Positions 63,899 to 64,000 of a stretch of DNA of 64,000 nucleotides are shown one piece after another; the first letter of the stretch is position 1, and each line of letters opens with the position of its first letter. The notes beneath the pieces are model-generated. The model worked only from the letters and a program-made list of their open reading frames with translations. It did no database searches and was not told where the DNA came from. This stretch comes from an uncultured Acidobacteriota bacterium. Lineage in GTDB: Bacteria; Acidobacteriota; UBA6911. The stretch covers positions 192,001 through 256,000 of the forward strand of contig CAWEJX010000008.1 in NCBI GenBank assembly GCA_963809485.1. Direction: 5' to 3'. The position numbers and the translations under genes are program-made.

Positions 63899-64000
63899 CT
63901 AATCTTCGGTGCGGGTCCAGGTCTTGTCGGGATTGTATCTCTCGATCTGCTTGGCGATGTTGACAGAATCCGGACCCAGGTCCTTCTGGTAGACGATGCC
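63899..64000 (-). CDS. C-terminus of a DUF2950-family protein (gene starts beyond the window)
   Basis: Manual translation GIVYQKDLGPDSVNIAKQIERYNPDKTWTRTED*. Confidence 0.75.
   Translation of the reverse strand, partial: GIVYQKDLGPDSVNIAKQIERYNPDKTWTRTED

Overview
GC-rich bacterial accessory region from a probable anaerobe, almost all on the minus strand. It is a mosaic of metabolic modules, gene scars and palindromic repeats. Many genes are split by single-base indels, most likely long-read assembly errors. Left part (1-9 kb): Ser-type arylsulfatase, two paralogous outer-membrane barrels, an ABM-domain protein and a GAF-PAS-PAS sigma-54 activator. Core (9-41 kb): three transcription units, each headed by a near-identical ~60-bp promoter cassette with a TodT/StyR-like box, lying downstream of a GAF-PAS histidine kinase/FixJ pair. 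Unit (i) is TolC-DUF3302-HlyD. Unit (ii) is an atypical glycyl-radical enzyme (Cys loop CIGACVG), a catalytically degenerate PfkA-fold protein, the activase and an Fe-S protein, followed by a soluble molybdopterin enzyme/4Fe-4S/degenerate NuoF-GltD fusion and a rhodanese. Unit (iii) is a DszB-like desulfinase homologue, rhodanese, DUF2252, CoA-disulfide reductase-rhodanese, a symporter and SulP. Also present: AbiE and MazEF-like toxin-antitoxin pairs, IS200/IS605-derived miniature elements, nifJ, Ca/H antiporter, MscS, aquaporin, an Omp85 plus secreted kinase-like pair and MltF. The best candidate for an undescribed system is the GRE-pseudoPFK-activase operon within a co-regulated sulfur-handling neighbourhood. 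All family calls come from motifs recognised by eye; no database search was run.
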